64,000 bases of DNA, taken from NCBI RefSeq assembly GCF_006345805.1, contig NC_042999.1, forward strand, positions 27,404,001 to 27,468,000, written 5' to 3'. The notes under the pieces were generated by a model. The model had not been told where the DNA came from. It did not search any database and was given only the letters and a program-made list of their open reading frames with translations. The position numbers and the translations under genes were made by a program. Below, piece after piece: positions 38,526 to 51,107 of this stretch. Source of the DNA: Octopus sinensis. Lineage: Eukaryota. The stretch's first letter is position 1. Every line of letters begins with the position of its first letter.

Positions 38526-39469
38526 CGTATATTTGACCCAATCGAGTATATAATCCAGAAGCAACGTCCAAGCATCTTCCGAAGAATTTATTTGACAGGA
38601 ACTTTTATTGAAGTATTACGTATATTTAATCATTAATGAAATGTTCTGTAATTAGAGTAGGAAATCTAATGGAAGAGATAGTTGAAATAATTAGAGAATT
38701 AAAATTAAAATATCTACTGAATTTGTTGAATACAAGTAATTCAGGGTCAATTGAACTCCTTTATATTTCTGTCAGACTGTTACATTCAGTGAAGTAGACA
38801 ATTCGAAGTAATATTTCTGGACTTAAGCCGATGGATATAGCAACAAGTGTGAATAATTTAGAAATAAGTTCCAACGAATTATAGGAATGGCGGTATGGAA
38901 TTGTGGTAGGGTGTATGTGTGTGTTACAATCTTTTAATGTGGGAGATTATAAACTTATTAATATGTTCCAATTTATAAACTCGGCGGATAATTTGATGCA
39001 TAGCGATAGATTATAGAATGGAATAATTGTGTATAATAAACCGAGTGTCTTCATTATTCAAACGTATTTCTGACAAATTTTCTTTTAAATCTACGTCAAA
39101 CTTACTGATTAGATAGATGGCCGTCATTAGAAGATTGAGTAAATTACAGTGGATTTAGTTTAGAGTCCGTTTAAATGTCCTTTCAGTCAGTATTTATAGT
39201 TTGGTCGGATTACATCCTGAGTTCCAATTCATTGAATATAAAATTATTCATGCGGGTTTCGAGAAAACGGAACAAGTGTCGAAATTTTTCTAATCATATG
39301 AGGGATAGTAGGAAAATGTTTTTTCATGGGCACGGTCTCAATAATGAAATTCCCTAAAATTGCTATAAGTTAAAGAAATTGTATCCCTTTTATGTGATAC
39401 AATGACATGCACCCAAATATACACAAAAACAAGAGTACATATAAATATATATACATAACTGGCGCTCAG

Positions 39470-40015
<546 letters not shown>

Positions 40016-40023
40016 GGTAGTGT

Positions 40024-40024
40024 T

Positions 40025-40080
<56 letters not shown>
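40024..40080. repeat. (GTA)n trinucleotide repeat
   Basis: Direct reading. Confidence 0.95.
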
Positions 40081-40184
40081 CGTTGTAGTGATCGTCGTGG
40101 TTGTCATCACACTGGTACTGGTGGAAATAATCCTTTCCACTATAGATAGGTGCGAGGCCTGAAATTTAGCGAAGTGGGGGGTTA

Positions 40185-40652
40185 GTCGCGTACATCGACC
40201 ACAGAATTTGACTTGTATTTATTTTATCGATCCGGAAAGGATGAAAGACAAAGTAAAGCTCTGCGGAATTTCAGCACAGAACGTAAAGACGGTCGAAATG
40301 CTGCTAAGCAATATTTCCTGCGTCCTAACGACGTTGGTAGCAAGGTATGATTTAAATGCTGCTGATAGTGGCAGCAGTGGCGACAACGGCAATGGTGGCG
40401 GTAGCTGTAGTTATGAAGGCGGAGAGCTGGTAGAAACATTAGCACGTCGGGCGAAATGCTTAGCGGTATTTCGTCTGCCGTTACGTTGTGAGTTCAAATT
40501 CCGCCGTGGTCGACTTTACCTTTCATCCTTTCGGGGTCGATAAATTAAGTACCAGTTACGCACTGGGGGTCGATGTAATCGACTTAATACCTATGTCTGT
40601 CCTTGTTTCTCCCTTCTATGTTTAGCCCCTTGTGGATAATAAAGAAATAGGT
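40185..40652. mobile_element. Two divergent SINE copies (8533 family): 40185-40340 (-) and 40418-40652 (+)
   Basis: Homology to 8533-8764. Confidence 0.85.
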
Positions 40653-41088
40653 AGCTGTAGTTATGATAATGACGATGACGGCGACGGCGGTGGTGGTGGT
40701 GGTATCAATGACTAGTTTTGATAATTCTAAGAATAGTTACGGCGATAATAATGCGCCTGATGGATGCTGTAGTGGTAGTGGCGTCGACGGTGGCGGTGGC
40801 GGTGGTAGTCGGCGTCGTGCCGGCGGTTGCAGAGACGAGGTTGAATTGGTGATTCTGGAGAATGGACAGCGAGTTTCCTGCTGTTACTTCTAGTTACTTC
40901 GAGTGATTGCTTCATTAGAGACAGCAGCAATAATTCAGATTTTATACTGGAGTCAACATCCATTCCAGATTATCCCTGTATGACTACCACTTCATTAACA
41001 ACATCATTAATATACACAAACATAAGTGTGTGTGTGCGTGCGTGCGTACGTATGTATAAATATGTTTATTTATATATGTGTATATACT

Positions 41089-41137
<49 letters not shown>

Positions 41138-41138
<1 letters not shown>

Positions 41139-41432
41139 GAGGCGCAATGGCCCAGTGGTTAGGGCAGCGGACTCGAGGTTGTAGGATCGCGGTTTCGATT
41201 CCCAGACCGGGCGTTGTGAGTGTTTATTGAGCGAAAACACCTAAAGCTCCACGGGGCGGTGATCCCTGCTGTATTCTTTCGCCACAACTTTCTCTCACTC
41301 TTTCTTCTGTTGGCCTGCTCGCTTAGCCAGCGGGGTGGCGTCATTTGAAGGCTAAAACAATGTGAAACGCATTGTGACCAGCGATGTGGAGCAACATCTG
41401 ATAGCCTGGTCGGTCACTGTGATCACGGTGAT
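41138..41432 (+). mobile_element. tRNA-head SINE, full length
   Basis: tRNA-like 5' end with A box TGGCCCAGTGGTTAGG and B box GGTTTCGATTCCC. Confidence 0.88.
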
Positions 41433-41759
41433 ATATATATATATATATGCATTTAGGCATATGTTCATGTATTATGTATTCAGTTATCTAAAATATATCT
41501 ATTTGTGTTGGTAATTGTACATCATTACGTGAGTATGTGGATGAAACATGCTTACAGATAGATATACAAATATTTATCAAAATAATGAACGTAAAACAAT
41601 TACATCATGCCAATGTCATGATGGCTATTTAAAAAGATAAATTCCACAAAAACCGAGTCGGTTCAAGTTGTTAGGAGAAACGCGATTTAAACAGAGGCCA
41701 TATTTTCATGACGGTAATGAAAGTTTGTGTTTGTTAAAGATACGTTTGCTAGTTCCGAT

Positions 41760-42070
41760 ATAACATTAGCCGCTTAAGTACCAACTCAATGGCCTGAGGT
41801 TCGTTTTTTCCGTCCTTGTTTTTGTATACATTCGCTGCTTTCTTCCAAGGAATCTAATGCTCTTAGCTTAGTTTTTCCTTGAAGCTTGCCAGATTGGAGC
41901 AATCTCAAGTATAATCAGCCAAAATTGCGAGGATAATTTGGTGCTTGACTGAGGAAAGAAAACTTCGAATGACCCGTCCTTGCTTCCTTATATTGTCTAT
42001 TTGGATGTTTTCCTGTCCGAATTTTGTATCATCTAGCTGTCCGGATGTTTTGCGTTCTTGTCCCATTTTG

Positions 42071-42090
<20 letters not shown>
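41760..42090 (+). mobile_element. 3' part of the 2546-3462 family, ending in (TA)n; contains permuted HHR-like motif copy C (41899-41955; G12 mutated to A)
   Basis: cattcgctgctttcttccaaggaatcta...gcaatctcaagtat...gtgcttgactgagga matches 44910-45130. Confidence 0.75.
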
Positions 42091-42123
<33 letters not shown>

Positions 42124-43062
42124 CGGCGTACGTACATTTTGGTCTATTATATGTGTAGCAATATTGTTTTCTTCATTGCTATCTTCAATGTTTGAGAAAA
42201 ATATTAAGAATGATCTCGTTTAAGATTACAAACATCTTTGGCTAGTTTAACCGTGTTGTGTCCACTATTTTGATTGGTTAGCATCTAAGCGCGTTCTGTC
42301 TCTCTACTTACTTCGCGCCAGTGTGTAAACTGACCAATCACGGCTTTCGGATAGGACTTTTCATTTGAACCATCTTAACTCTTTAAATAGGCTGATCATA
42401 TCACGATTCACGTCTTTTGGCTTAAGACCTTCTAAGGTCTTGGTCGGAGACCACACAACACAGAGCTTACTCAACCATGTTCCAGTTCGAAAGGCAGACG
42501 ACAGCCAAGCCAAACCTAATATGAAGACGCTATTGTAAACTAAGCGACAGACATAACGTCATCACCAACATCGTCTCTATCTACGAAGATTTAACTTGTA
42601 CACAAGATAAATACAGATTCAACTCATGCTGTTGGTGTGAAAGTCTCACCACGGAAAAACAGTTGCAGTATATATATCTGGAAGAATATATATATCAAAA
42701 GAAAAATTTGCACAACAAGCGACTCAACTAATCTCAGCTCCGAGACTCAAATCTTGTATAGAACTCATTATCGTGTACAACAGGAACTGGTAAAATAACT
42801 TCATTTAAACTCAAAATGTTGAGACTTCTCTCATGCTCTGTTGTATTTGCATAAACCTTATTTCTGTAATTTTGTCGCACACACGAACACACAGACACAA
42901 ATATTATAACATGCATTCATGACACAACACTACGCTAATGATAACAAATCACTTTGTACACTGTGAAATAAATATATCTTTTCTTTATAAAAATAGAACG
43001 GTTTTTGGCGTTCCTGTATACATATACTTTGGCACTGTATATTAAATATGTATTATGGCTTA

Positions 43063-44334
43063 TACGAGGGACGTTCAATGCCTCTGACCCACTTCCAGTT
43101 GTTGGATCTAGCTGAAATTTTGCATGTGCAATTATTTATATCTCCATAGATTAAGTGGCAAATTACAGCTCTAAACTAATTGTGGTTTCTGATTTACAGG
43201 TGTTTGAACTGAGTCAAGTGTGAAATGGAGTCTGTTGAATGTCGAGCAGTGATCCGGTTTTTGTATTTGAAAGGACGCACACCACGGGAGACTTTTGATG
43301 AAATGAAAGTAACTTATTGGGATAATGCCCCATCATATGACCTTGTAAAACGCTGGCATCGTGAATTCAAACATGGTCGGAACTCTGTGGAAACAGCTCC
43401 CAGATCTGGTCGCCCCCTTCTGCCATTGACGAGGCATCTGTCCGTCAAGTTGAGGCTGCCATTTTGGAAGATCGACGCATAACTATTCGCGAAATAGCCC
43501 ATGAGGTCAAGATTAGTACCGGGTCTGTGGAAACTATCATTCATGACCATTTGCATATGCAAAAGGTGTCTGCCAGGTGGATTCCCAGGTTGCTCACATC
43601 TTTCCAGAATCAAGAACGCGTCGATTGCTCGTGGATGGATTTGGAGATGTGCCAAGAAGATGAGTCAAAATTTTTCAAAAGACTGATTACACAGGATGAA
43701 ACCTGGGTCCATCACTATGATCCATAGACCAAAGCCCAGTCAATGCAGTGAAAGCACCGTGACTCCCCTCCTCCAAAGAAGGCAAGGGTGCAGCCCTCCG
43801 CTGGCAAGGTTATGCTCACAGTCTTCTGGGACCAGGACGGAGTAGTGATGACAGATTTCCTGGCAAATGGTGCCACAATTACAGGAGCCTATTATGCTTC
43901 ACTTTTGAGGAAATTAAGAGAAGCTATCAAAATCAAGAGGTGGGGCAAGATCAGCAAAGGCATCCTCCTCCTGCAGGACAACGCTCCGTTCCACAACTCG
44001 CGTGTCGCCAGATCAGAAGCACAGGCGTGCGGCTATGAACTCCTCCCCATCCCCCTACTCTTCTGACCTTGCACCTTCTGATTTTCACCTCTTCCCAGCC
44101 ATGAAGTTGTTTTTGAAAGGAAAGCGTTTCCCAGATGATGCAGCCTTGATTTCTGAAGTCATGTCGTGGCTGGAGGACCAAGCTGGTGCCTTCTACAGAA
44201 ACGGTCTTCAGAGCTGCATCAAACGATGGGAGAAATGCGTAACTCTGGGTGGTTCCTAATAACTGTGCCAAGTTTCGTTGCTCTACTGCTATGGGAAGTG
44301 GGTCAGGGGCATTACTTATTGAACGCCCCTCGTA
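43063..44334 (+). mobile_element. Full-length mariner (Tc1/mariner, DD34D) transposon, inactive
   Basis: TIRs tacgagggacgttcaat.. / ..attgaacgcccctcgta, TA TSDs at 43061-62 and 44335-36; left TIR has a 7-bp deletion. Confidence 0.97.
43225..44259 (+). pseudogene. Mariner transposase pseudogene
   Basis: HTH (PRSGRP), WIPRLL, ITQDETW, QDNAP..(34 aa)..SDLAPSD; frameshifts near 43415 and 44050, stops at 43725 and 43749. Confidence 0.95.
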
Positions 44335-44439
44335 TAACATTAAGTTGTGTTATGTTGGGATGCGGCCGGACGCTGTTGAACAAGAGGAGAAAATATGTCA
44401 CCGAAACTCCCTCTCGTGTGGTCGTATACTAACATATAT

Positions 44440-45135
44440 GTAAGAAGTATACATTTTTCTAAATCTTGTACTACTCTATTTCTGTCTATCAGCCCTTTCA
44501 CGCTTATTCGTTCATTCCACGTTTCGTTTTATCGTTTCCCCTCTCTCATATTTTCCTTGCCTTCCCTTTTTGCTCACTTTCCCTCCACTTTTCACTTCAC
44601 TGTGTCCTTGTAATTTTTTTACGCCCCTCCTTAATTCTTCTATCCCTCGCTTCTACTTTTCTCTCTTCCTTTCCCGTGTGACCGGCGTTCGGCCAAGCCT
44701 GTTCTTTCTTTCTTGGTCTGACCGTTGTCCGTGCAACATCGATATTCTTCCCTGTGATCGTGAAAACCTTGTATCTCTGTCGTAAGGCTTCATTTCCACA
44801 CACGCCAGTTTAATTCAATACGTCCTTAGTCGAAGACACCTTTTATTATTATTATTTTTATTGTATTTGTATTTGTGTAACATTGTCCATCTTTTCCCGT
44901 CCTTCTTTTTGTATGCATTCGCTGCTTTCTTCCAAGGAATCTAATGCTCTTAGCTTAGTTTTCCTTGGGGCTGGCCAGATTGGAGCAATCTCAAGCATAA
45001 TCACCCGAAATTGCGAGGATAATCTTGTGCTTGACTGAGGAAAGAAAACTTTGAATGACCCGTCCTTGTTTCCTTGTATCGTCTATCTGGATGTTTTAGC
45101 TGTCCGGATGTTTTGCGTTCTTGTCCCATTTTGTA
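44440..45135 (+). mobile_element. Diverged copy of the 2546-3462 family; permuted HHR-like motif copy B at 44985-45041
   Basis: Shared blocks aacatcg.t.ttcttc, cgccag, agtcg(t)aagacac, gtatgcattcg, aatctcaag, ttgactga.ga, cgttcttgtcc. Confidence 0.75.
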
Positions 45136-45276
45136 TTTACACACTCACACACACACACACACACACACAACATACACACGCACATATATATCTATATATA
45201 CACATACATGCACATATGTATGTATGTATGCATGTATGTATATATATAAATACCTATACACACACACATACATACA

Positions 45277-45309
<33 letters not shown>

Positions 45310-45879
45310 GCATACACTTTATGCACACACACACAATAGTATCGAAGAGTGAGAATGAGTGCTCAAAACCGATTTTGGTGCGTAAATAATTTTTATCTAT
45401 TGATTAATATTACAACCAATGGCTTCATGTAAAAATTTCTAATCTTTCAGCGATCCAATTGAGAATGTTGGTGATCGTCTCCATTTGGGTTGAGAATAAA
45501 CGTAGTTACGCGAGTCTAGATGAGACTTCAGAATGAGCACACTTATAAGAATTTCTTAGCTTTTATCTCCTCCATAAATTAATTACTTCCTTATTTATCT
45601 TAAGCGCAAACATTCAGACATGCCCATATACTTACATTTAAGAATTTCAGCATGAGCTCCTGTGGGTATATGTATTTGATGCATATTGTGCATGTAATCG
45701 ATATCCAAAATTTTGCTCGTGTTGGCTAGTTAAGGATATGTGGGATGATGAGGTCAACTGGTTATATTTAACTATAGTTTCTTCCGCAACATAGTATCGG
45801 TGATTTTCAGTCACAATAAAATTAATAACATTAGGAACACCCGTCATAGAGTTTCTTATTTTTTATTCTTTGAAAAGTA

Positions 45880-46280
45880 TCCCCGAACAATATGTGCCTG
45901 GAAACAAAACTAGTGTATAAGACCAGCATCACGGACATGAACGGAATGATAAGAAACTTTTATCGGAATTACTGGAAATACCTTCAAAAAAATATATGGA
46001 AGAAATGGCTTCAATTTGAGACAAGAACAAAAGATACGCAACGTCTTTATCAAGTATAGTATCAACTCTTAAAGAGTCCACCATGGACAACCCACATATA
46101 AAATGGAGAACCATAGCTAAGGCCAGGAAATATAAGAGACGGTGTAGGAAATGCGATCCCTGTATCACAGAGAAATTGAATATTATAAGATCAGAAGTAA
46201 ACAATTTTAAAACTAGAGAAGAAATCTTCTCCCCTCTGCATATACAAAGAATAATTCAGACTTCAAAACTTAAAGCATGA
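45880..46280 (+). pseudogene. Penelope-like GIY-YIG endonuclease/C-terminal relic
   Basis: LVYKTSI..NFIGITGNTFKK, TSLSSIV, IKWRTIAKARKY...CRKCDPCITEKLNI...REEIFS. Confidence 0.7.
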
Positions 46281-46424
46281 CCCCTCAACCAAATTGCCAC
46301 ACATCCAACCTGGGTAAAGTAATGTTTACATGGTAAATACACATCATTGGCATTCGGATTCCAAACTACAACTGAAGGCTTTCTTATTGCTGCTCCGGAT
46401 CAGTGTTTGCCAACTAGAAATTAT

Positions 46425-46820
46425 TTTCTACTCTAGGCACAAGGACCGAAATTTGGACGGGAGGGGCCAGTCAATCAGATCGTCCCCAGGACGCAACTGG
46501 TACTTAATATATCAACCCCGAAAGGATGAGAAGCAAAGTCGACCTCGGCGGAATTTGAACTCAGAACGTAGCGGCATACGAAATACCCATTTCTTTACTA
46601 CCCACAAGGGGCTACACACAGAAGAGACAAACAATGACAGACAGACGGATTAAGTCGATTATATCGACTCCAGTGCGTAACTGGTACTTAATTTATCGAC
46701 CCCGAAAGGATGAAAGGCAAAGTCGACCTCGGCGGAATTTGAACTCAGAACGTAGCTGCAGACGAAATACCGCTAAGCATTTTGCCCGGCGTGCTAAAGA
46801 TTCTGTCAACTCGCCGCCTT
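46425..46820 (-). mobile_element. Head-to-tail SINE dimer (8533 family)
   Basis: Two gaccccgaaaggatgaaaggcaaagtcgacctcggcggaatttgaactcag blocks joined at gaaatacc|catttctttac. Confidence 0.9.
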
Positions 46821-46869
46821 TTAACAACTAAAAATTACTTAACCAATAACCTTAGAATGGTACTGAACT

Positions 46870-47181
46870 CTCTTGTCGCTTATCTGAAAAAACTTGGTAA
46901 ACAATTGGGCACCTCATTTCTGGTTACTTCATAAGCCTCAGTATCGTATACTAACTGCCATGATAAACTTCGTCGGTATTTGTACTAGATCATATGAGGT
47001 CAGTTTTGGCACTCGTATAAGGAGAACTAGTAGAAACATCAAAGAATGATAACTCTGCCAGTAATCCTAGAAGATTTGAAGATATCGAATATCGCTTTTA
47101 TATACAATGATCACGAGCAAGCTATTCCGTTGATCGGAGGAACTGGAACTCTCCGTAACGGACGGTGTGTCAACGACAACA

Positions 47182-47185
<4 letters not shown>
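46870..47185 (+). pseudogene. RTE-like LINE C-terminal relic
   Basis: ALV*GELVE...PRRFED and DRRNW..VTDGV resemble the RTE C-terminal YGEL..G.R..RRFKD / DR..WR..V..G motif. Confidence 0.5.
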
Positions 47186-47238
<53 letters not shown>

Positions 47239-47293
47239 ATATATATATATATATTATATATATATATATATATATAATATATATATATATATA

Positions 47294-47342
<49 letters not shown>

Positions 47343-47494
47343 TAGAGAAAAACTACTATTATGCAATTCAAACAATCATAGACATAAATGATAGAATTGC
47401 ATAATAGCGGTTTTTCTCTAATTTATATATTATATATTTATATTGTGAAATTTGATTTAATACTAAATTGAATTTTCCCTGTATATATATATAC

Positions 47495-47526
<32 letters not shown>

Positions 47527-48440
47527 AATTATGGATACGTGTGTATAAGTATATATACGTACTTACATATGTCTTTAGGAATTATCTTTATTTGTGGATG
47601 TGAAGCCGCCATAGTCAAGTTTTCGTACAGCTGGTCACATTCTTAGATTCACTGTTCTGTCACATGTTTATTCGAGGCAGTAATAAATCTGTTGTCTGTC
47701 TGATATTTTATTTATTTATTCAGATGTTAAAGCTGTTTTTGTCTTATAGCATCTTAACTCTTGTTGACTTCGCTTCAATAAAAGAAAGGAAATTACAGCT
47801 TTCTTTCAGCAGATGTCGAATAAGCAACTCTACAGAACAGAAGCGGCTGTCTTAAATAAAAGACACGCTACGCTGAATGTGCAATCATTTTTTGATTTCT
47901 ATTTCTGTTTTAAAACAAGTATGCTACTTTTTTCAGTTTTCTTTTATGCCATGAACTGTGTGAAACAAATGTATCGAAACACATAATTACTTTATATCTT
48001 TTCATTGGGCCAAATAGTTAATAACATTAATTTTTTTTTTTCAGAAAAGAAATTAGTCAATAGTCAATCAGATTTATAAAATACAGTCACGATACAAATG
48101 ACTGAACAAAATTCAGCAGCCAGTTACGAAACCTTGCCTTTTATGTTGTACATAAGAACCAATTGTGTTTTGTGTTTGAAGTGTTCTTTTTCAAATCTGT
48201 GCTCACCATCCACGTCCTGGGTAGCCTACTATTGAGCTATTGTGCTAATAAAACTGGACGAAATCAAACCTGGTATCTAAAAATAAAGGTAAACATATAC
48301 ATAATTTATTATCGTTGCAATATTGAACTTTCTTTTATTATATACATACATATACACATATGTATATACATATGGGTGTGTGCGCGCGTGTGCGTGCGTG
48401 TGTATGTGAATGTATGCATATGCGTATATACATACATATA

Positions 48441-48760
48441 TATATAAAGTTAATCCAAACAAGAAAGCACAAAAAACACAACAACACGAGGACGTGGAAC
48501 AAATATAGTATTATTGGACGCTCAGGAAAGAAGGAAAGAAGGAGGGTTTAACGTTTCGAGCGGAGCTCTTCGTTGGAAACATAGGAGAAGGAAAGATCCA
48601 GAGAAGGGAAGACAGAGGGAAAAAATCGCCAACGGTACACACGAGGTTTATTCCAAGAAAATTAGAGGTAGTGAATCCAACCAACTAAGGGATAATATCT
48701 ATCCAATATACTGCTGGTAGAATACCCAATTATTAATACACATGTGTTTTTTATTGCTTT
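48441..48760 (-). mobile_element. Penelope-pLTR-like non-coding fragment ending in (TA)n, with a minimal HHR (48546-48580)
   Basis: guuu CCAACGA a-gagc-ucc-gcuc GAAA CG UU / aaac; G5 appears mutated to A. Confidence 0.6.
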
Positions 48761-49103
48761 GCAAATACATTACCGAGTGTACTAAATGGGTGAGGGTTAG
48801 AGAAACACCCAAGTACCTCAATTGCATCTACTAATTACTTCAGTCTACTAGAGGAATAAAGGTAGAATGAAGTATTTTTGCCTCTTGGCTGAAACAGCTG
48901 TAAGATATTTTTTCAATTTATATTCCTGTATGTTATATTTTAATAATTACTGGTATCTTTATATATTTTATATGTAAAGCATAATATGTTATACATGTAT
49001 GTATATTCTTGTAATTGTCATTTTAGTAAATATAAATAAATTGACATAATATAATGTCTAAAAGTTGATGAACCACTTTTAGATCCCCTCCATTTTCTTA
49101 TAG

Positions 49104-49174
<71 letters not shown>

Positions 49175-49555
49175 TATACAAAATATGAAGGTTTAGTTCA
49201 CAGGTGATCTAAACGACAAGGTGCACTAGCTAAGTGCTGTAACGGATTACTAGGGCTCCAAGGTTATAACTGAGACGGAGTTATAGAGCCACTAGTGTGA
49301 GCACTTTCAGATAGCATATTTTACACTGATTGAAACCATTGTATCATATGTTTTCATTGCGTATGTGCGTAAACATACATACGCCATGCATGTGAGAAGA
49401 ACGCTGGCAAGACATGCAACATGAATGAAACTAGAACGTCATTCATTAAAAACTTAAACTAGAACTTATAAAATGAAATGCAATTATGGAACAAGAACGT
49501 GCATTTATAAAGCAAAGAAAAATTGCGACCTAAATACTGCCAAAAAATTCTAATA

Positions 49556-49623
<68 letters not shown>

Positions 49624-49638
49624 ATATATTATATATAT

Positions 49639-50159
49639 AATTAAAAATGAGGGTGTCTAAAAGACACCAACATGCCGAAATAGCAGTCGAAACTCTGACT
49701 ATAAAACCACGTTAAATGTTCATATTTTAACCATATCGTACTTATGTGGTGATTTGGCGGGCGATTCAAACTGGCTGTGTTCATACGTGCATATGTATGT
49801 ATGTGCGACGCTCGTGTATGTAAGTATATCGTTTGCTGTGCATATATATATCTGTATTTATGTACCCTTGATATATTCAATTGATGACAGTAAAGCTTAT
49901 CTAAAGCAGAACCAGAAATCCTTGGATCTTGAATTATTCAATAATTTTTGCTTGTATGTTTTGTCCCCCCGCTTTGCCTCATGGTGCGATATGAACATTT
50001 AACGTGGTTTTATAGTCAGAGTTTCGACTGCTATTTCGGCATGTTGGTGTCTTTTAGACACCCTCATTTTTAATTGTTAAAAATTTATTACCTTTGTAAG
50101 GTATTTCTTTCATGCTGGCCACTTGATAATTTCGACACTTAAATATCGATATTATCCTC

Positions 50160-50160
<1 letters not shown>
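49639..50160 (+). mobile_element. HHR-bearing element in (TA)n with an 87-bp inverted duplication
   Basis: 49639-49725 is the reverse complement of 49989-50075; (TA)n on both sides. Confidence 0.75.
49875..49934 (+). ncRNA. Type I hammerhead, C3U variant
   Basis: auucaa UUGAUGA [..gcuu-aucua-aagc..] GAAA UCC-UU-GGA UC / uugaau; predicted cut after 49928. Confidence 0.6.
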
Positions 50161-50195
<35 letters not shown>

Positions 50196-50712
50196 CAACG
50201 GTTATCACGGCAGTAGCCACTGACAGCCGAACGATCAAACGCACACACGTACACAAAAAATGTTTTCTACTACCTACGCCAACACACACATATATAGAAC
50301 AGTATACACACACACACGTCTCTAAGTAGATTTTTTCTCGCCCCTTATAAAACTCCATATTCTTTAAATAGTCAGAACTTTATTCTCGTCACAAAGAACA
50401 TCTATACACCCCCTCCCACATGTTTGACCGATGCCTGACCTGTTGAATCTTCAGCAACCGGTTTCAACATACACTGATAACAGTTTCGCCATGGGCTCTT
50501 AGGAGCACAGTTCGATTGTTTTTTTTGCTCTGCCTCTGTCTGTTTTTGTTTTTTCCCAACGGATTTCCTTTTTTCTTCCTGAAGAGAAAGACACAATATG
50601 GTCCCATTATTCAATCGGATTTTGGTAATTGTGCCTTTCGAAACACGTGTAGAATGAAATAAAACGATTTCTGTTCAATCTGGTTCAGCTCCATTTCTTC
50701 AATTCACCAATA

Positions 50713-50715
<3 letters not shown>
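50196..50715 (+). mobile_element. HHR-bearing non-coding element in (TA)n
   Basis: Bounded by (TA)n; contains a canonical HHR; 3' end caataatg-tatata. Confidence 0.7.
50572..50659 (+). ncRNA. Type I hammerhead ribozyme, canonical core, long stem II
   Basis: uuucuuc CUGAAGA gaaag-a-cacaau...auugug-c-cuuuc GAAA CACGUG UA / gaa(u)gaaa; palindromic stem III ACACGUGU; predicted cut after 50651. Confidence 0.88.
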
Positions 50716-50750
<35 letters not shown>

Positions 50751-51050
50751 ATGTATGTATGTATGTATGTAGAAATTTTGCTCGATAACACACGTGGGTA
50801 GGTAAGGAAGAATGCGAGATCTCATTCGTCTGTTTTAAATTCGGAGGTACTGGTCATTGGATGTAATTTGTCTGATGTCGCTTGGTCAGATAAGGTATGT
50901 TCAATTTTCTACAGTGTCCTAAAATTTAAAATCTACCATACCGAAATTTAGAAATAGCAGTCAAGTTTAGCTATTTAGAGGACAGTTTACTAAACACCCT
51001 GTTTATATAAATTTGAACTACACGCACACACACATACATACATACATATT

Positions 51051-51107
<57 letters not shown>

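Noticed and set aside
41138-41215. tRNA gene
   Set aside because: The tRNA-like head continues into a SINE body present in several copies; it is a SINE, not a tRNA.
42265-42400. CCAAT boxes plus a TTTAAATA promoter-like arrangement
   Set aside because: Short motifs with no downstream gene evidence; could be an LTR fragment or chance.
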